Source: an uncultured Planctomycetia bacterium (lineage in GTDB: Bacteria > Omnitrophota > Gorgyraeia > Tantalellales > Tantalellaceae). From it: DNA of 64,000 nt. The notes under the pieces are model-generated. The model had not been told where the DNA came from. It saw only the letters and a list, made by a program, of their open reading frames with translations, and ran no database searches. Position 1 is the first letter of the stretch. Each line of letters starts with the position of its first letter. Made by a program: the position numbers and the translations under genes. The stretch lies in NCBI GenBank assembly GCA_964527765.1, contig CAZGQR010000004.1, forward strand, positions 83 through 64,082, read 5' to 3'. Positions 30,461-39,211 of the stretch are shown here, one piece after another.

Positions 30461-30622
30461 ATGTCGCATAAGATCAAGGCGTTTGTTGTGGCAGGCATTC
30501 TCATCGCTTATGTCCTGGGCAGTGCCGGCTGCGCGTTGGGATGGTTTCTCGCGGGCGCGGGAACGGCGGCTACTGTGGGAGCGGTCGTAAATGAACAAGA
30601 AAAAGAGAAAGCCAAGAAATAA
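30461..30622 (+). CDS. Small (53 aa) hydrophobic protein, not in the supplied track
   Basis: Own translation: MSHKIKAFVVAGILIAYVLGSAGCALGWFLAGAGTAATVGAVVNEQEKEKAKK. SD GAAGGAGAAAAGG about 7 nt upstream of the ATG. One or two TM segments. Confidence 0.4.
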   Translation: MSHKIKAFVVAGILIAYVLGSAGCALGWFLAGAGTAATVGAVVNEQEKEKAKK

Positions 30623-30682
30623 TAGATCTGAACGGGTATCATAAGTTACCGGGCCGGATCGAACAGGGAGAAGGAGGGAAAT

Positions 30683-30823
30683 ATGACGCTTAATCATCTG
30701 ATCTATATCTTGTCAATAGTTTTTGGTGTTCTTATTCTGGCCGCGCCCAAGGTCGCGAATTATCTTATCGGGGTTTACCTTATTGCTTTCGGAGTGTTAA
30801 AGCTCATTATCGCTCTGAGCTGA
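30683..30823 (+). CDS. DUF3096-like small membrane protein (46 aa), not in the supplied track
   Basis: Own translation: MTLNHLIYILSIVFGVLILAAPKVANYLIGVYLIAFGVLKLIIALS. Strong SD GAAGGAGGGAA. Matches the DUF3096 pattern and the ORF at 19922. Confidence 0.5.
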   Translation: MTLNHLIYILSIVFGVLILAAPKVANYLIGVYLIAFGVLKLIIALS

Positions 30824-30921
30824 GGACGTAAAGCGCAAGATGTAAAAAGTACTTTACGTCATTGACTTAAGCGCTTGTTCCAAGTATACTTTTTACAAAT
30901 CCAAAGGAGGAGGAGGATAAC

Positions 30922-31116
30922 ATGCGCAATATGAACCTGGGTGAAGGGTTATTGGTGCTGTTGGGGTTCCTGCTTATATTGAACGCGCTTGTTTTCAAGA
31001 TATCAGGGTTAAATCTCTTGCCAATGATCACGAATGTCAGCAGTTTTTTTATAGCGGCCAATACCTGTTTTCTTGTAGCATGCATTAGCGCTATGTTCGG
31101 GAAGTCCGGGGAATAG
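30922..31116 (+). CDS. Small hydrophobic protein (64 aa)
   Basis: Strong SD AAAGGAGGAGGAGG 6 nt upstream of the ATG. Two predicted TM helices. No recognisable family. Confidence 0.4.
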   Translation: MRNMNLGEGLLVLLGFLLILNALVFKISGLNLLPMITNVSSFFIAANTCFLVACISAMFGKSGE

Positions 31117-31194
31117 GACCGGGAACAGGCACATTGAAGATCGGTAGCCAGGTAGCGCGCTGATCCTCTATTCTCATATCAATTCATAATCAGG

Positions 31195-31218
31195 CAGCCG
31201 GGGCTTGAGCCCCGGCTG
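31195..31218 (+). other. Perfect hairpin (10-bp stem CAGCCGGGGC / GCCCCGGCTG, 4-nt loop)
   Basis: Lies between the small-peptide islet and the dinG start. May be a terminator of the islet transcript or a regulatory structure. Confidence 0.35.
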
Positions 31219-31234
31219 TTGTGGCTTCGGTAGC

Positions 31235-33232
31235 ATGTCATTTTCCAAAGATTTCTTCGAAAAAGACGGGGCGGTAGCCGTCAGGCTGCCCGGTTATAAG
31301 GTAAGACCGCAGCAGATCCAGATGGTCCAGGCGGTGGAGGATGCTATAAACGGTCCGCGGAACCTTATCGTTGAAGCCGGCACCGGCGTCGGCAAAAGCC
31401 TTGCATACCTGGTCCCGTTCATCGACTGGGCCGTCCGGGAGAATAAAAGAGTCGTTGTCTCAACCTACACCAAAGCCCTCCAGAACCAGCTTTTCATCAA
31501 GGACCTGCCTTTTTTAAGCGAGGCGCTGGATCTCGAATTTCGATATGCGATATGCATGGGATCCGATAATTATGTCTGCCTGAGGAAAACAAACAGAAAT
31601 TCCGCGCCGGACTCGTTCAAGGGAAAAAAACAGAAAAAACAGCGGGAAGATATCGTCAGGTGGATATCGGAGACCGAAACAGGCACGGTAACGGACATGG
31701 ATTTTGTTCCCGACAGGTCTGTATGGAGCAAGTTTTCGCGCGAATCCGATCTCTGTCTGGGGAGAAGATGCCCACATGGCGACCGGTGCTTTTACAGGCG
31801 GGCCCGCCGGAGGCAGTCGGGATCGCACGTGCTCGTGGTGAACCATTCACTTCTTTTTGCTGATATGGTATCGGGGGCGCGGGGTCTCCTGCCGGATTTC
31901 CAGGCCCTGGTCCTGGATGAGGCGCATACCCTTGAAGATGTCGGGACGGCTTATTTCGGCAGGACCGCAAATAGGGCCGGATTCCGGTACCTGATCGAGA
32001 GCGTAACCGCCCTGATCACCGGCAGGGAGCTGGGATCAGGATCGCAGGACGGTGTCAGAGAAAAGATAGATGAGATCAAAGGGCGGACAAAGGAGCTCCG
32101 GGCGGTTTCCGACGGGTTTTTCAGGGAAGTGGGGGACGTTTTCGGGCAGGAAGACCGGGCCGTGCAGTTTGACAGGGAGCGCTTTTCCCCGAAGGGGATA
32201 AGTGAGTCCCTGGAGGCGTTATCGTTATCCTTGAGAGAGCTTGGCGGGATTCTTGAGGATTTCGATACGCGCGAGACGGCCAGGACATACGCGGAAAGAT
32301 GCGACAAGCTCGCAGAATCCCTGGATTTTATTTTTGGGCACGAAAGCGAAAAATACGTATACTGGCTTGATATAAGGACAAGGAAGAACGCAGTAAATTA
32401 TTCCTTCCATGCCGCGCCTGTCGATATAAGCGGGCAGATGCGGTCATATCTGTTCGAAAAGGTATGTCCTGTCGTGTTGACCTCTGCTACGCTGTCTTTG
32501 TCCGAAGGAAAGGATGATTTCAGTTTTATAGAAGGGAGACTGGGGCTGGATGATCCCCTGGAGCTCGCGCTGGATTCCCCCTTTGATTACCGCAATAATG
32601 TGCTGGTGTACCTTCCGCGCGGGATCGCCGATCCCAACAGGGACCTTGATGCCTACAGGCGCCAGGTCCGGGAGAGCATTATAGGGATATACGACATAAT
32701 GGGAGGAAGGATATTCGCGCTTTTTACGAGTTATGAGATGCTGAACGCGGTATCCGACAGTATCGCCGCCGAGAGGGAAGATATCGATGTGCTGAGGCAG
32801 GGGGACCTTCCGCGTTACGTCCTGCTTGACGTGTTCAAGAAAAGCCGCAGGAGCATTCTGATGGGGACCACGACTTTCTGGCAGGGGGTGGATGTCCCCG
32901 GCAGCTCCCTGGAGTGCGTCATAATCACAAAATTGCCGTTTTCCGTTCCCAACGACCCCATAAATGCAGCCCGTATCAAGTCTATAAAGGACCAGGGGTT
33001 GAATCCTTTCACGGAATATCAGGTCCCGCAGGCCATTATCATGTTCAAGCAGGGGTTTGGGCGCCTGATCAGGAATCATTCCGACAGAGGCGTCGTCGCC
33101 GTTCTTGATCCCCGCATACGGACCCGTTATTACGGCAGGGAGTTCATTGACGCGCTTCCGAAATGCATGCAGACCGATGATATGCTGGAGATAAAGGCTT
33201 TTTTCAGCCGGCCGGCCAATAACGGGAGATAG
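31235..33232 (+). CDS. dinG: DinG/XPD-family ATP-dependent DNA helicase (Fe-S Rad3-like)
   Basis: PGYKVRPQQIQMV...IVEAGTGVGKSLAYLVP (Walker A) and DEAH-type LVLDEAHTLED. Four-Cys cluster region (CMGSDNYVC....CLGRRCPHGDRCFY). Start at the ATG at 31235 downstream of the hairpin; the listed 31205 start lies inside the hairpin. Confidence 0.8.
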   Translation: MSFSKDFFEKDGAVAVRLPGYKVRPQQIQMVQAVEDAINGPRNLIVEAGTGVGKSLAYLVPFIDWAVRENKRVVVSTYTKALQNQLFIKDLPFLSEALDLEFRYAICMGSDNYVCLRKTNRNSAPDSFKGKKQKKQREDIVRWISETETGTVTDMDFVPDRSVWSKFSRESDLCLGRRCPHGDRCFYRRARRRQSGSHVLVVNHSLLFADMVSGARGLLPDFQALVLDEAHTLEDVGTAYFGRTANRAGFRYLIESVTALITGRELGSGSQDGVREKIDEIKGRTKELRAVSDGFFREVGDVFGQEDRAVQFDRERFSPKGISESLEALSLSLRELGGILEDFDTRETARTYAERCDKLAESLDFIFGHESEKYVYWLDIRTRKNAVNYSFHAAPVDISGQMRSYLFEKVCPVVLTSATLSLSEGKDDFSFIEGRLGLDDPLELALDSPFDYRNNVLVYLPRGIADPNRDLDAYRRQVRESIIGIYDIMGGRIFALFTSYEMLNAVSDSIAAEREDIDVLRQGDLPRYVLLDVFKKSRRSILMGTTTFWQGVDVPGSSLECVIITKLPFSVPNDPINAARIKSIKDQGLNPFTEYQVPQAIIMFKQGFGRLIRNHSDRGVVAVLDPRIRTRYYGREFIDALPKCMQTDDMLEIKAFFSRPANNGR

Positions 33233-33255
33233 CCCCACGCCCTTTCCGAGTTATC

Positions 33256-33284
33256 TTGAAAAGTGAGAAGCTTTATTGTATATT
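33256..33284 (+). promoter_or_regulatory. sigma70-like promoter of the moxR/bat operon (TTGAAA - 17 nt - TATATT)
   Basis: -35 at 33256-33261 and -10 at 33279-33284, about 45 nt upstream of the moxR ATG behind AAAGGAGGG. Confidence 0.4.
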
Positions 33285-33330
33285 GTTGATATATTTAGCT
33301 GGTAAATAATATCACAAAAGGAGGGATAAG

Positions 33331-34323
33331 ATGTCCAGGGGCATAACTGCTATAAATGAGAAGGTCGCGAAAGAAAGTGTTTTTATAGAAGAATTGATGA
33401 CAGAGATAAGAAAGGTCATCGTCGGACAGGATTATCTTATCGAACGGCTTCTGGTCGGGCTCCTGGCCAACGGACATATGCTTATCGAGGGAGTCCCCGG
33501 TCTTGCCAAAACGATGTCCGTGCGCGTGCTTTCCGCGGCCATCAGCACCAAATTCCAGAGACTGCAGTTCACGCCTGACCTGTTGCCCGCGGACCTCATA
33601 GGGACGCTTGTCTATAATCCGAAAGACGGCACTTTCACCACAAAGAAAGGCCCCGTTTTTTCCAATATGATCCTTGCCGATGAGATCAACAGGGCACCGG
33701 CCAAGGTCCAGAGCGCGCTTCTTGAAGCCATGCAGGAACGGCAGGTCACTATCGGGGAAAATACCTTCAAGCTGGATGAACCGTTCCTGGTCATGGCCAC
33801 CCAGAACCCCATTGAGCAGGAAGGCACATATCCTCTTCCGGAAGCTCAGGTCGATCGTTTCATGCTGAAAATAAACATAGGTTATCCCAACAAGGAAGAA
33901 GAGCACAAGATACTGAAGCGCATGGCGTTTACCGATAAAAAGATCGAGGTTTCACCTGTGATCTCGCCCAAGAGGATACTTGAGGTCAGAAAACTGATAA
34001 ACGACATCTACATGGACGAAAAGATCGAAAAATACATAGTAGATATTGTTTTTGCCACGCGCAAGCCCAGGAACTACGGAATCAACGATCTTGACGGGCT
34101 GATCCAGTATGGCGCTTCGCCGCGCGCCAGCATCTATCTGGCCCTTGCCGCTAAAGCGTACGCTTTCGTGAAACAGCGCGGGTATGTCACGCCGCAGGAT
34201 ATCAAATCAATAGGACATGATGTTCTCAGGCACAGGATCATTCCGAGTTATGAGGCGGAAGCCGAGGACAAGACGTCCGAGGATATAATCAAAAGGATAT
34301 TCGACGAGGTGGAGGTACCCTAG
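33331..34323 (+). CDS. moxR: MoxR-family AAA+ ATPase
   Basis: VIVGQDYLIERLLVGLLANGHMLIEGVPGLAKT and LILADEINRAPAKVQSALLEAMQE. 330 aa. Confidence 0.9.
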   Translation: MSRGITAINEKVAKESVFIEELMTEIRKVIVGQDYLIERLLVGLLANGHMLIEGVPGLAKTMSVRVLSAAISTKFQRLQFTPDLLPADLIGTLVYNPKDGTFTTKKGPVFSNMILADEINRAPAKVQSALLEAMQERQVTIGENTFKLDEPFLVMATQNPIEQEGTYPLPEAQVDRFMLKINIGYPNKEEEHKILKRMAFTDKKIEVSPVISPKRILEVRKLINDIYMDEKIEKYIVDIVFATRKPRNYGINDLDGLIQYGASPRASIYLALAAKAYAFVKQRGYVTPQDIKSIGHDVLRHRIIPSYEAEAEDKTSEDIIKRIFDEVEVP

Positions 34324-34341
34324 TCGGCAGGATATAAGCCC

Positions 34342-35241
34342 ATGATCCCGAAAGAAATAATCCGCAAGATACGCAGAATACAGATCACAACGTCCCGGAA
34401 GGTGACTGACGTTTTCGCGGGTCAGTACCAGAGCGTTTTTAAGGGCATGGGAATGGAATTCGACGAGGTGCGGGAATATTTTCCGGGGGACGAGATACGC
34501 TCGATCGACTGGAACGTTACGGCCCGCATGGGACATCCTTATGTCAAGAAGTTCGTGGAAGAACGCGAACTTACGATAATGATACTTCTGGATGTGTCCA
34601 TGTCCTGTCGTTTCGGCACGGCCGGACGCACCAAGAGTGAACTGGCGGCGGAACTGTGTTCCGTCCTGGCATTTTCCGCCATACAGAACAACGATAAAGT
34701 GGGAATGCTCACCTTCACCGACCGTGTGGAAAAATTCATACCGCCCAGAAAAGGCATACGTCATGTATTGCGTGTCGTTCGCGAAGCCATCTACAACAAG
34801 CCGCAGGGGAGCGGGACCGATATAAAGGGCGTCCTGGAATACCTGAACGGTGTTACCACCCGCCGAACCATCACTTTCGTGGTATCGGATTTTTTCGCGC
34901 CCGATTTCAAGAAAACCCTGGCAATAACGAATAAACGGCACGATGTTATCGCCGTCACCATCACCGATCCCGCCGAGACGGAGCTGCCGCGGGCGGGCAT
35001 AGTGAGGGTCCATGACGCGGAAACAGGCACCCCTTATGTAATTGACACTTCCGATCCGCAAGTGCGGAGTTTTTATAAAGACCGCGCCGGGAGATCGGCC
35101 GAGAGCCGGCGCGGGCTGTTCAGGTCCGTGGGCGTGGACAATATCATCCTCCAGACGGACAAGTCTTATGTGGAACCGCTTATACGCTTCTTCCGCATGC
35201 GCGAGAGGCGGCTGTCCCGCCAGATAGTGGGGTGGAGTTAG
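34342..35241 (+). CDS. DUF58-domain protein (vWA-like partner of MoxR)
   Basis: EFDEVREYFPGDEIRSIDWNVTARMGHPYVKKFVEERE is the conserved DUF58 core. Canonical position after moxR. Confidence 0.85.
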   Translation: MIPKEIIRKIRRIQITTSRKVTDVFAGQYQSVFKGMGMEFDEVREYFPGDEIRSIDWNVTARMGHPYVKKFVEERELTIMILLDVSMSCRFGTAGRTKSELAAELCSVLAFSAIQNNDKVGMLTFTDRVEKFIPPRKGIRHVLRVVREAIYNKPQGSGTDIKGVLEYLNGVTTRRTITFVVSDFFAPDFKKTLAITNKRHDVIAVTITDPAETELPRAGIVRVHDAETGTPYVIDTSDPQVRSFYKDRAGRSAESRRGLFRSVGVDNIILQTDKSYVEPLIRFFRMRERRLSRQIVGWS

Positions 35242-35242
35242 A

Positions 35243-36184
35243 GTGAAGCGCGCATTTCTTATATTTACGGCGCTATTGATCGCGGCAGGCGCGCTGTCCG
35301 GCGCATACGCTGATAACAAGGCCGAGAAGCCTTTTGAGATCACGGCAAAGGTCGATAAGGATGAGGTCAATGTCGGCGACAGGATAAAACTTTACGTCGC
35401 TGCCGAGGGGGCGTCCGGATATGAAGTATCATTTCCGGAAACACCGGACATGCTTGGCGATTTTTCTTTTATCGGGTCCCGCCCGATAAGGCCCGGGTTC
35501 GGAAAGACATCGGAACCGGGGCGCGAGTATGAACTGAGCGTCTATGCCACCGGGGCGCATGTCATCCCGCCCGTTCAGGTGAGGTACAGAAAACCGGGCG
35601 AAGACCGGTGGCATGTTCTGGAAAGCCCGCAGGTCCCGGTAGAAGTAAAGAGCCTTCTGACCGGGGAAGATACGGACATCAGGGACGTAAAAGGCCCGGT
35701 GACATTCGGGCCGGGACTGTCGCGGATAGCGCTTATCCTGATGGTGATGTTCATCGCGGGCGCGGCAGGCCGGGCGCTATGGATCAGGAAGAAAAAGCGC
35801 GCCTACCCGGGTGCCGCGGAACCAAGATCCGCGTATGAGATCGCCCATGAACAGCTGAAGCAGCTTAAGGGCATGGATCTCCCCGGACAGGGGCGCGTCA
35901 AGGAATATTATGTAAGACTGTCGGACATCGTCAGGCATTATCTGGAAAACAGGTTCTCATTTCGGGCGCCCGAAATGACCACAGAAGAGTTCATGACGGC
36001 CATGAAGGACTCGCCGGAGATGCTGAACGAACATAAAGACCTGCTTAAGGATTTCCTGTTCCATTGCGACATGGTGAAGTTCGCAAAGTACGGGCCGACC
36101 CCGCTGGAGATACTTGACAGCTTTCGTTCCGCGGAACATCTTCTTGAGCAGACCAGATTGGATGAGGAGGAGGAAGGGGAGTAA
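35243..36184 (+). CDS. Membrane protein of the Bat operon: signal peptide + periplasmic domain + TM + DUF4381-like cytoplasmic domain
   Basis: GTG start 2 nt after the DUF58 stop. Signal peptide LIFTALLIAAGALSGAYA, TM LILMVMFIAGAAG, and C-terminal EYYVRLSDIVRHYLENRF....DMVKFAKYGPT resembling DUF4381 proteins found at this position in bat operons. Confidence 0.5.
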   Translation: MKRAFLIFTALLIAAGALSGAYADNKAEKPFEITAKVDKDEVNVGDRIKLYVAAEGASGYEVSFPETPDMLGDFSFIGSRPIRPGFGKTSEPGREYELSVYATGAHVIPPVQVRYRKPGEDRWHVLESPQVPVEVKSLLTGEDTDIRDVKGPVTFGPGLSRIALILMVMFIAGAAGRALWIRKKKRAYPGAAEPRSAYEIAHEQLKQLKGMDLPGQGRVKEYYVRLSDIVRHYLENRFSFRAPEMTTEEFMTAMKDSPEMLNEHKDLLKDFLFHCDMVKFAKYGPTPLEILDSFRSAEHLLEQTRLDEEEEGE

Positions 36185-37185
36185 TGCGTTTTGCCAACCC
36201 ATGGGTCCTGGTTTTATGCCTTCTGATACCTCTTTTAGTGTATCTGGTCAGGAAATTCGAGGAAAAAGCGCAGAGTTCGGTTCGCTTCTCCGACCGGGAG
36301 CTGGTCAGGGGCTTAAAACCCTCCTTGCGGGTCGCATTAAGCCGTAAGCTTATTTATCTTCGCGCGGCCGGTCTTTTTTTGCTTATTCTGGCGGCGTCCA
36401 GGCCTCAAGCCGTGCTTGGCCGGACGCGGGTGCATATTGAAGGTATCGATATAGTCCTTACCGTTGATGCATCCAGCAGCATGCGGGCCATGGATTTTGA
36501 GATGGGGGGCAGGCGGGTCGACCGGCTTGAAGTCGTGAAGCATGTAGTATCGGATTTTATCAAGGAGAGGCCCAATGACAGGATAGGGATGGTCGCGTTC
36601 TCCGCGCTCGCATATACCGTGTGCCCCCTTACGCTCGATCATAACTGGCTGGAAAAGAACCTTGAAAGGGTCAGGATCGGCATGATAGAGGACGGTACCG
36701 CCATAGGTTCGGCTATAAGCGCGTCACTCAACAGGTTGAAGGATACCGAGACAAAGGAAAAGATCGTGATCCTGCTCACTGACGGACGTAATAACGCCGG
36801 CAGGATATCGCCCGTGGCTGCCGCGGAAGCGGCCGAAGCCCTGGGAGTGAGGATATACACCATAGGAGCCGGCACAAGGGACCTCGCCCCTTATCCCGTG
36901 AAGGATATGTTCGGGAACACGGTGCTCAGGCCTGTCCACATAGAGATAGACGAGGAATTACTCGAGAGAATAGCGGAAACGACAGGCGGCGAGTATTTCA
37001 GGGCCACGGATACCGCATCCCTGGAAAAGATATACGGTGAGATCGATAAGCTTGAAAAGACCCCCATGGAGGAGACCGGGTACAATGTTTACAGGGAACT
37101 CTTCGGTCTTGCACTTTTTCCGGCTCTGGCACTGCTGCTTTCAGAGGTTATATTGTCCAATACATATCTGAGGAGGATACCGTAG
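36184..37185 (+). CDS. batA: VWA-domain protein BatA-like
   Basis: N-terminal TM helices, MIDAS motif DIVLTVDASSSM, C-terminal TM. ATG overlaps the upstream stop. Confidence 0.8.
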   Translation: MRFANPWVLVLCLLIPLLVYLVRKFEEKAQSSVRFSDRELVRGLKPSLRVALSRKLIYLRAAGLFLLILAASRPQAVLGRTRVHIEGIDIVLTVDASSSMRAMDFEMGGRRVDRLEVVKHVVSDFIKERPNDRIGMVAFSALAYTVCPLTLDHNWLEKNLERVRIGMIEDGTAIGSAISASLNRLKDTETKEKIVILLTDGRNNAGRISPVAAAEAAEALGVRIYTIGAGTRDLAPYPVKDMFGNTVLRPVHIEIDEELLERIAETTGGEYFRATDTASLEKIYGEIDKLEKTPMEETGYNVYRELFGLALFPALALLLSEVILSNTYLRRIP

Positions 37186-38196
37186 ATGAAATTCGGGGCC
37201 CCTTACATGGCGGTGTGGTTATGGATCGTTCCGGGGGCGATCGTTTTTTATATCATGGCGGGCCGCGCCAGAGAAAAGGTATTGCGGGGTTTTGCGAAAG
37301 ATAACCTGCATCTGGAGATCTCCGGTTCTTTTGACATGCGGAAAAGAAAGATCAAGAATTCAATGATCATAGCGGCTGTTTTTTTCATGCTTCTGGGCTT
37401 GATGAGGCCGCAATGGGGGTTCCAGTGGCAGGAAGTAAAGCGGCGGGGACTGGACATGCTGATCGCCCTGGATACGTCCAACAGCATGCTGGCGGAGGAT
37501 GTTCTTCCCAACAGGCTGGACCGGGCCAAGCTCGCCATAAAGGATCTTGTGAAAAAACTGCACGGGGACAGGATAGGCCTTATAGCTTTTTCCGGGACAG
37601 CGTTCCTGCAGTGCCCGTTAACGGTAGATTATGACGGGTTCCTTCTTTCTCTTGACGATGTGGATGCCGATACGATCCCCGTTGGGGGGACTTCCCTGTC
37701 GAAAGCGATATATACCGCGATCGGCAGTTATGAAAACAACAGGAACGAGGAAAAGATACTTATCATCATCACGGACGGCGAAGATCTTGAAGGAGGAGTG
37801 GAGGGCGCCATCAAAAAGGCCATGGCAGCGGGCGTGAAGGTTTTCTGTGTCGGTATAGGTTCGACAGAGGGGGAGATCATCCCCATAAGGAATGAAGCCG
37901 GCAAGATGGATTTTGTTAAGGATCCCGAAGGCAATGTGGTCAGGACACGGCTTGTTGAAGAGATCCTGCAAAAAATAGCCCTTGAGGCCGGCGGGATATA
38001 TGTCCGGGCGACAGGAGCAGAATTCGGCCTTGATCTGATATATGATGAAAAACTATCCAAGCTGGAAAAGCAGGAATTTAAAAGCAGGATGGAAAAGCGC
38101 TATCATGAGAGATTTCAGATCCCGCTCGCCCTGGCGGTCATTTTGCTTTTTTTTGAACCGCTTATCGGTGACAGAAAAAGGGAGTTCTCATTGTGA
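37186..38196 (+). CDS. batB: VWA-domain protein BatB-like
   Basis: Same architecture with DMLIALDTSNSM MIDAS motif. 336 aa. Confidence 0.8.
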   Translation: MKFGAPYMAVWLWIVPGAIVFYIMAGRAREKVLRGFAKDNLHLEISGSFDMRKRKIKNSMIIAAVFFMLLGLMRPQWGFQWQEVKRRGLDMLIALDTSNSMLAEDVLPNRLDRAKLAIKDLVKKLHGDRIGLIAFSGTAFLQCPLTVDYDGFLLSLDDVDADTIPVGGTSLSKAIYTAIGSYENNRNEEKILIIITDGEDLEGGVEGAIKKAMAAGVKVFCVGIGSTEGEIIPIRNEAGKMDFVKDPEGNVVRTRLVEEILQKIALEAGGIYVRATGAEFGLDLIYDEKLSKLEKQEFKSRMEKRYHERFQIPLALAVILLFFEPLIGDRKREFSL

Positions 38197-39206
38197 GGCA
38201 GGGTAAAGGGATGCGTACGGGAAAGATCCTTGCGGCGGCCGGTGTCATATGTTTCCTGGCGGCGAACATCGCCCATGCCGCGTCCGCCGGGAGCATGGCT
38301 AAAAAGGCCGGAAGGTTTTACCGGGAAGAGAAATACGACGAAGCTCTGGAGAATTACGATCAGGCACTTTCGATAAAACCGGATGACCCTATAATACAGT
38401 ATAATCGGGCCGTAACCCTTTACCGCAAAGACAGATTTAGTGACGCGGAAGAAGCGTTCTTGAGCTCGCTCGCCGCGGGAAAAGAGGATATAGAAGAAAG
38501 AACGGTGTATAATACGGGTAACAGCAAGTACCGCATAGGCGAGGAGAGTGAAGCGGGCGATCCCAGTTCTGCCTTGCAGAGTTACCGGGAAGCTGTACAA
38601 TATTACAAAAGGGCGATGGAACTGGCTCCTGATGACAGCGATGCCAAATATAATTATGAGTATACTTTAAAGAAGATCGATGATCTTGAGAGCAAAGCGC
38701 AGCAGCCGCCGCCACCGCAGCAGCAGCCGCCGCCACCGCAGCAGCAGAAGCAGCAACAGCAAAAACAGCAGCAGAAACAACAACAGGAGCAAAAGGAAAA
38801 GGAGAAACAAGAGCAGGAAGAACAGGAGCAGCAGCAAAAACAGCAGCAACAACAGGAACAAAAGGAAAAAGACAAACAGGAGCAGGAACAGCAGCAGCAG
38901 GAGCAGCGGGAACAGGAGAAGAAAGAGGAAGAAAGAAAGAGGCAGCAGGAACAAAAGAGGCGGGAAGAGCAGGAAAAAGATCGGGAACAGCAAGAGCCGC
39001 GGCCTGAACGTTTTGAAGAGAAAAGACCCGAGGCCTCTGAAGGCCAGTCCCCCGAACCGCTTGAGCCTGAACCCGCCGAAGGGGAGATGACCAGGGAAGA
39101 GGCCGAGATGCTTATAAGACGACAGAGCGAGGAAGAAAGCCGTATGAGGGCGGAACAGAAGGAGGCCAGGAAAGCCGGGCATCCCCGGGTCCTCAGGGAC
39201 TGGTAG
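38193..39206 (+). CDS. batC: TPR-repeat protein BatC-like with long Q/K/E-rich low-complexity C-terminal region
   Basis: Signal-anchor N-terminus and TPR-like repeats (YREEKYDEALENYDQALSIKPDD...). A Q/P/K/E tract of about 120 aa follows. Start may be the GTG at 38193 or the ATG at 38211. Confidence 0.65.
   Translation: MRQGKGMRTGKILAAAGVICFLAANIAHAASAGSMAKKAGRFYREEKYDEALENYDQALSIKPDDPIIQYNRAVTLYRKDRFSDAEEAFLSSLAAGKEDIEERTVYNTGNSKYRIGEESEAGDPSSALQSYREAVQYYKRAMELAPDDSDAKYNYEYTLKKIDDLESKAQQPPPPQQQPPPPQQQKQQQQKQQQKQQQEQKEKEKQEQEEQEQQQKQQQQQEQKEKDKQEQEQQQQEQREQEKKEEERKRQQEQKRREEQEKDREQQEPRPERFEEKRPEASEGQSPEPLEPEPAEGEMTREEAEMLIRRQSEEESRMRAEQKEARKAGHPRVLRDW
38697..39060. repeat. Low-complexity CAG/CAA/GAG-rich coding tract including a perfect 21-bp tandem duplication (CAGCAGCCGCCGCCACCGCAG x2 at 38700-38741)
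   Basis: Directly visible. It generates long spurious ORFs in three other frames (38654-39352 minus, 38667-39182 minus, 38680-39090 plus). Confidence 0.7.
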
Positions 39207-39211
39207 GCAAC

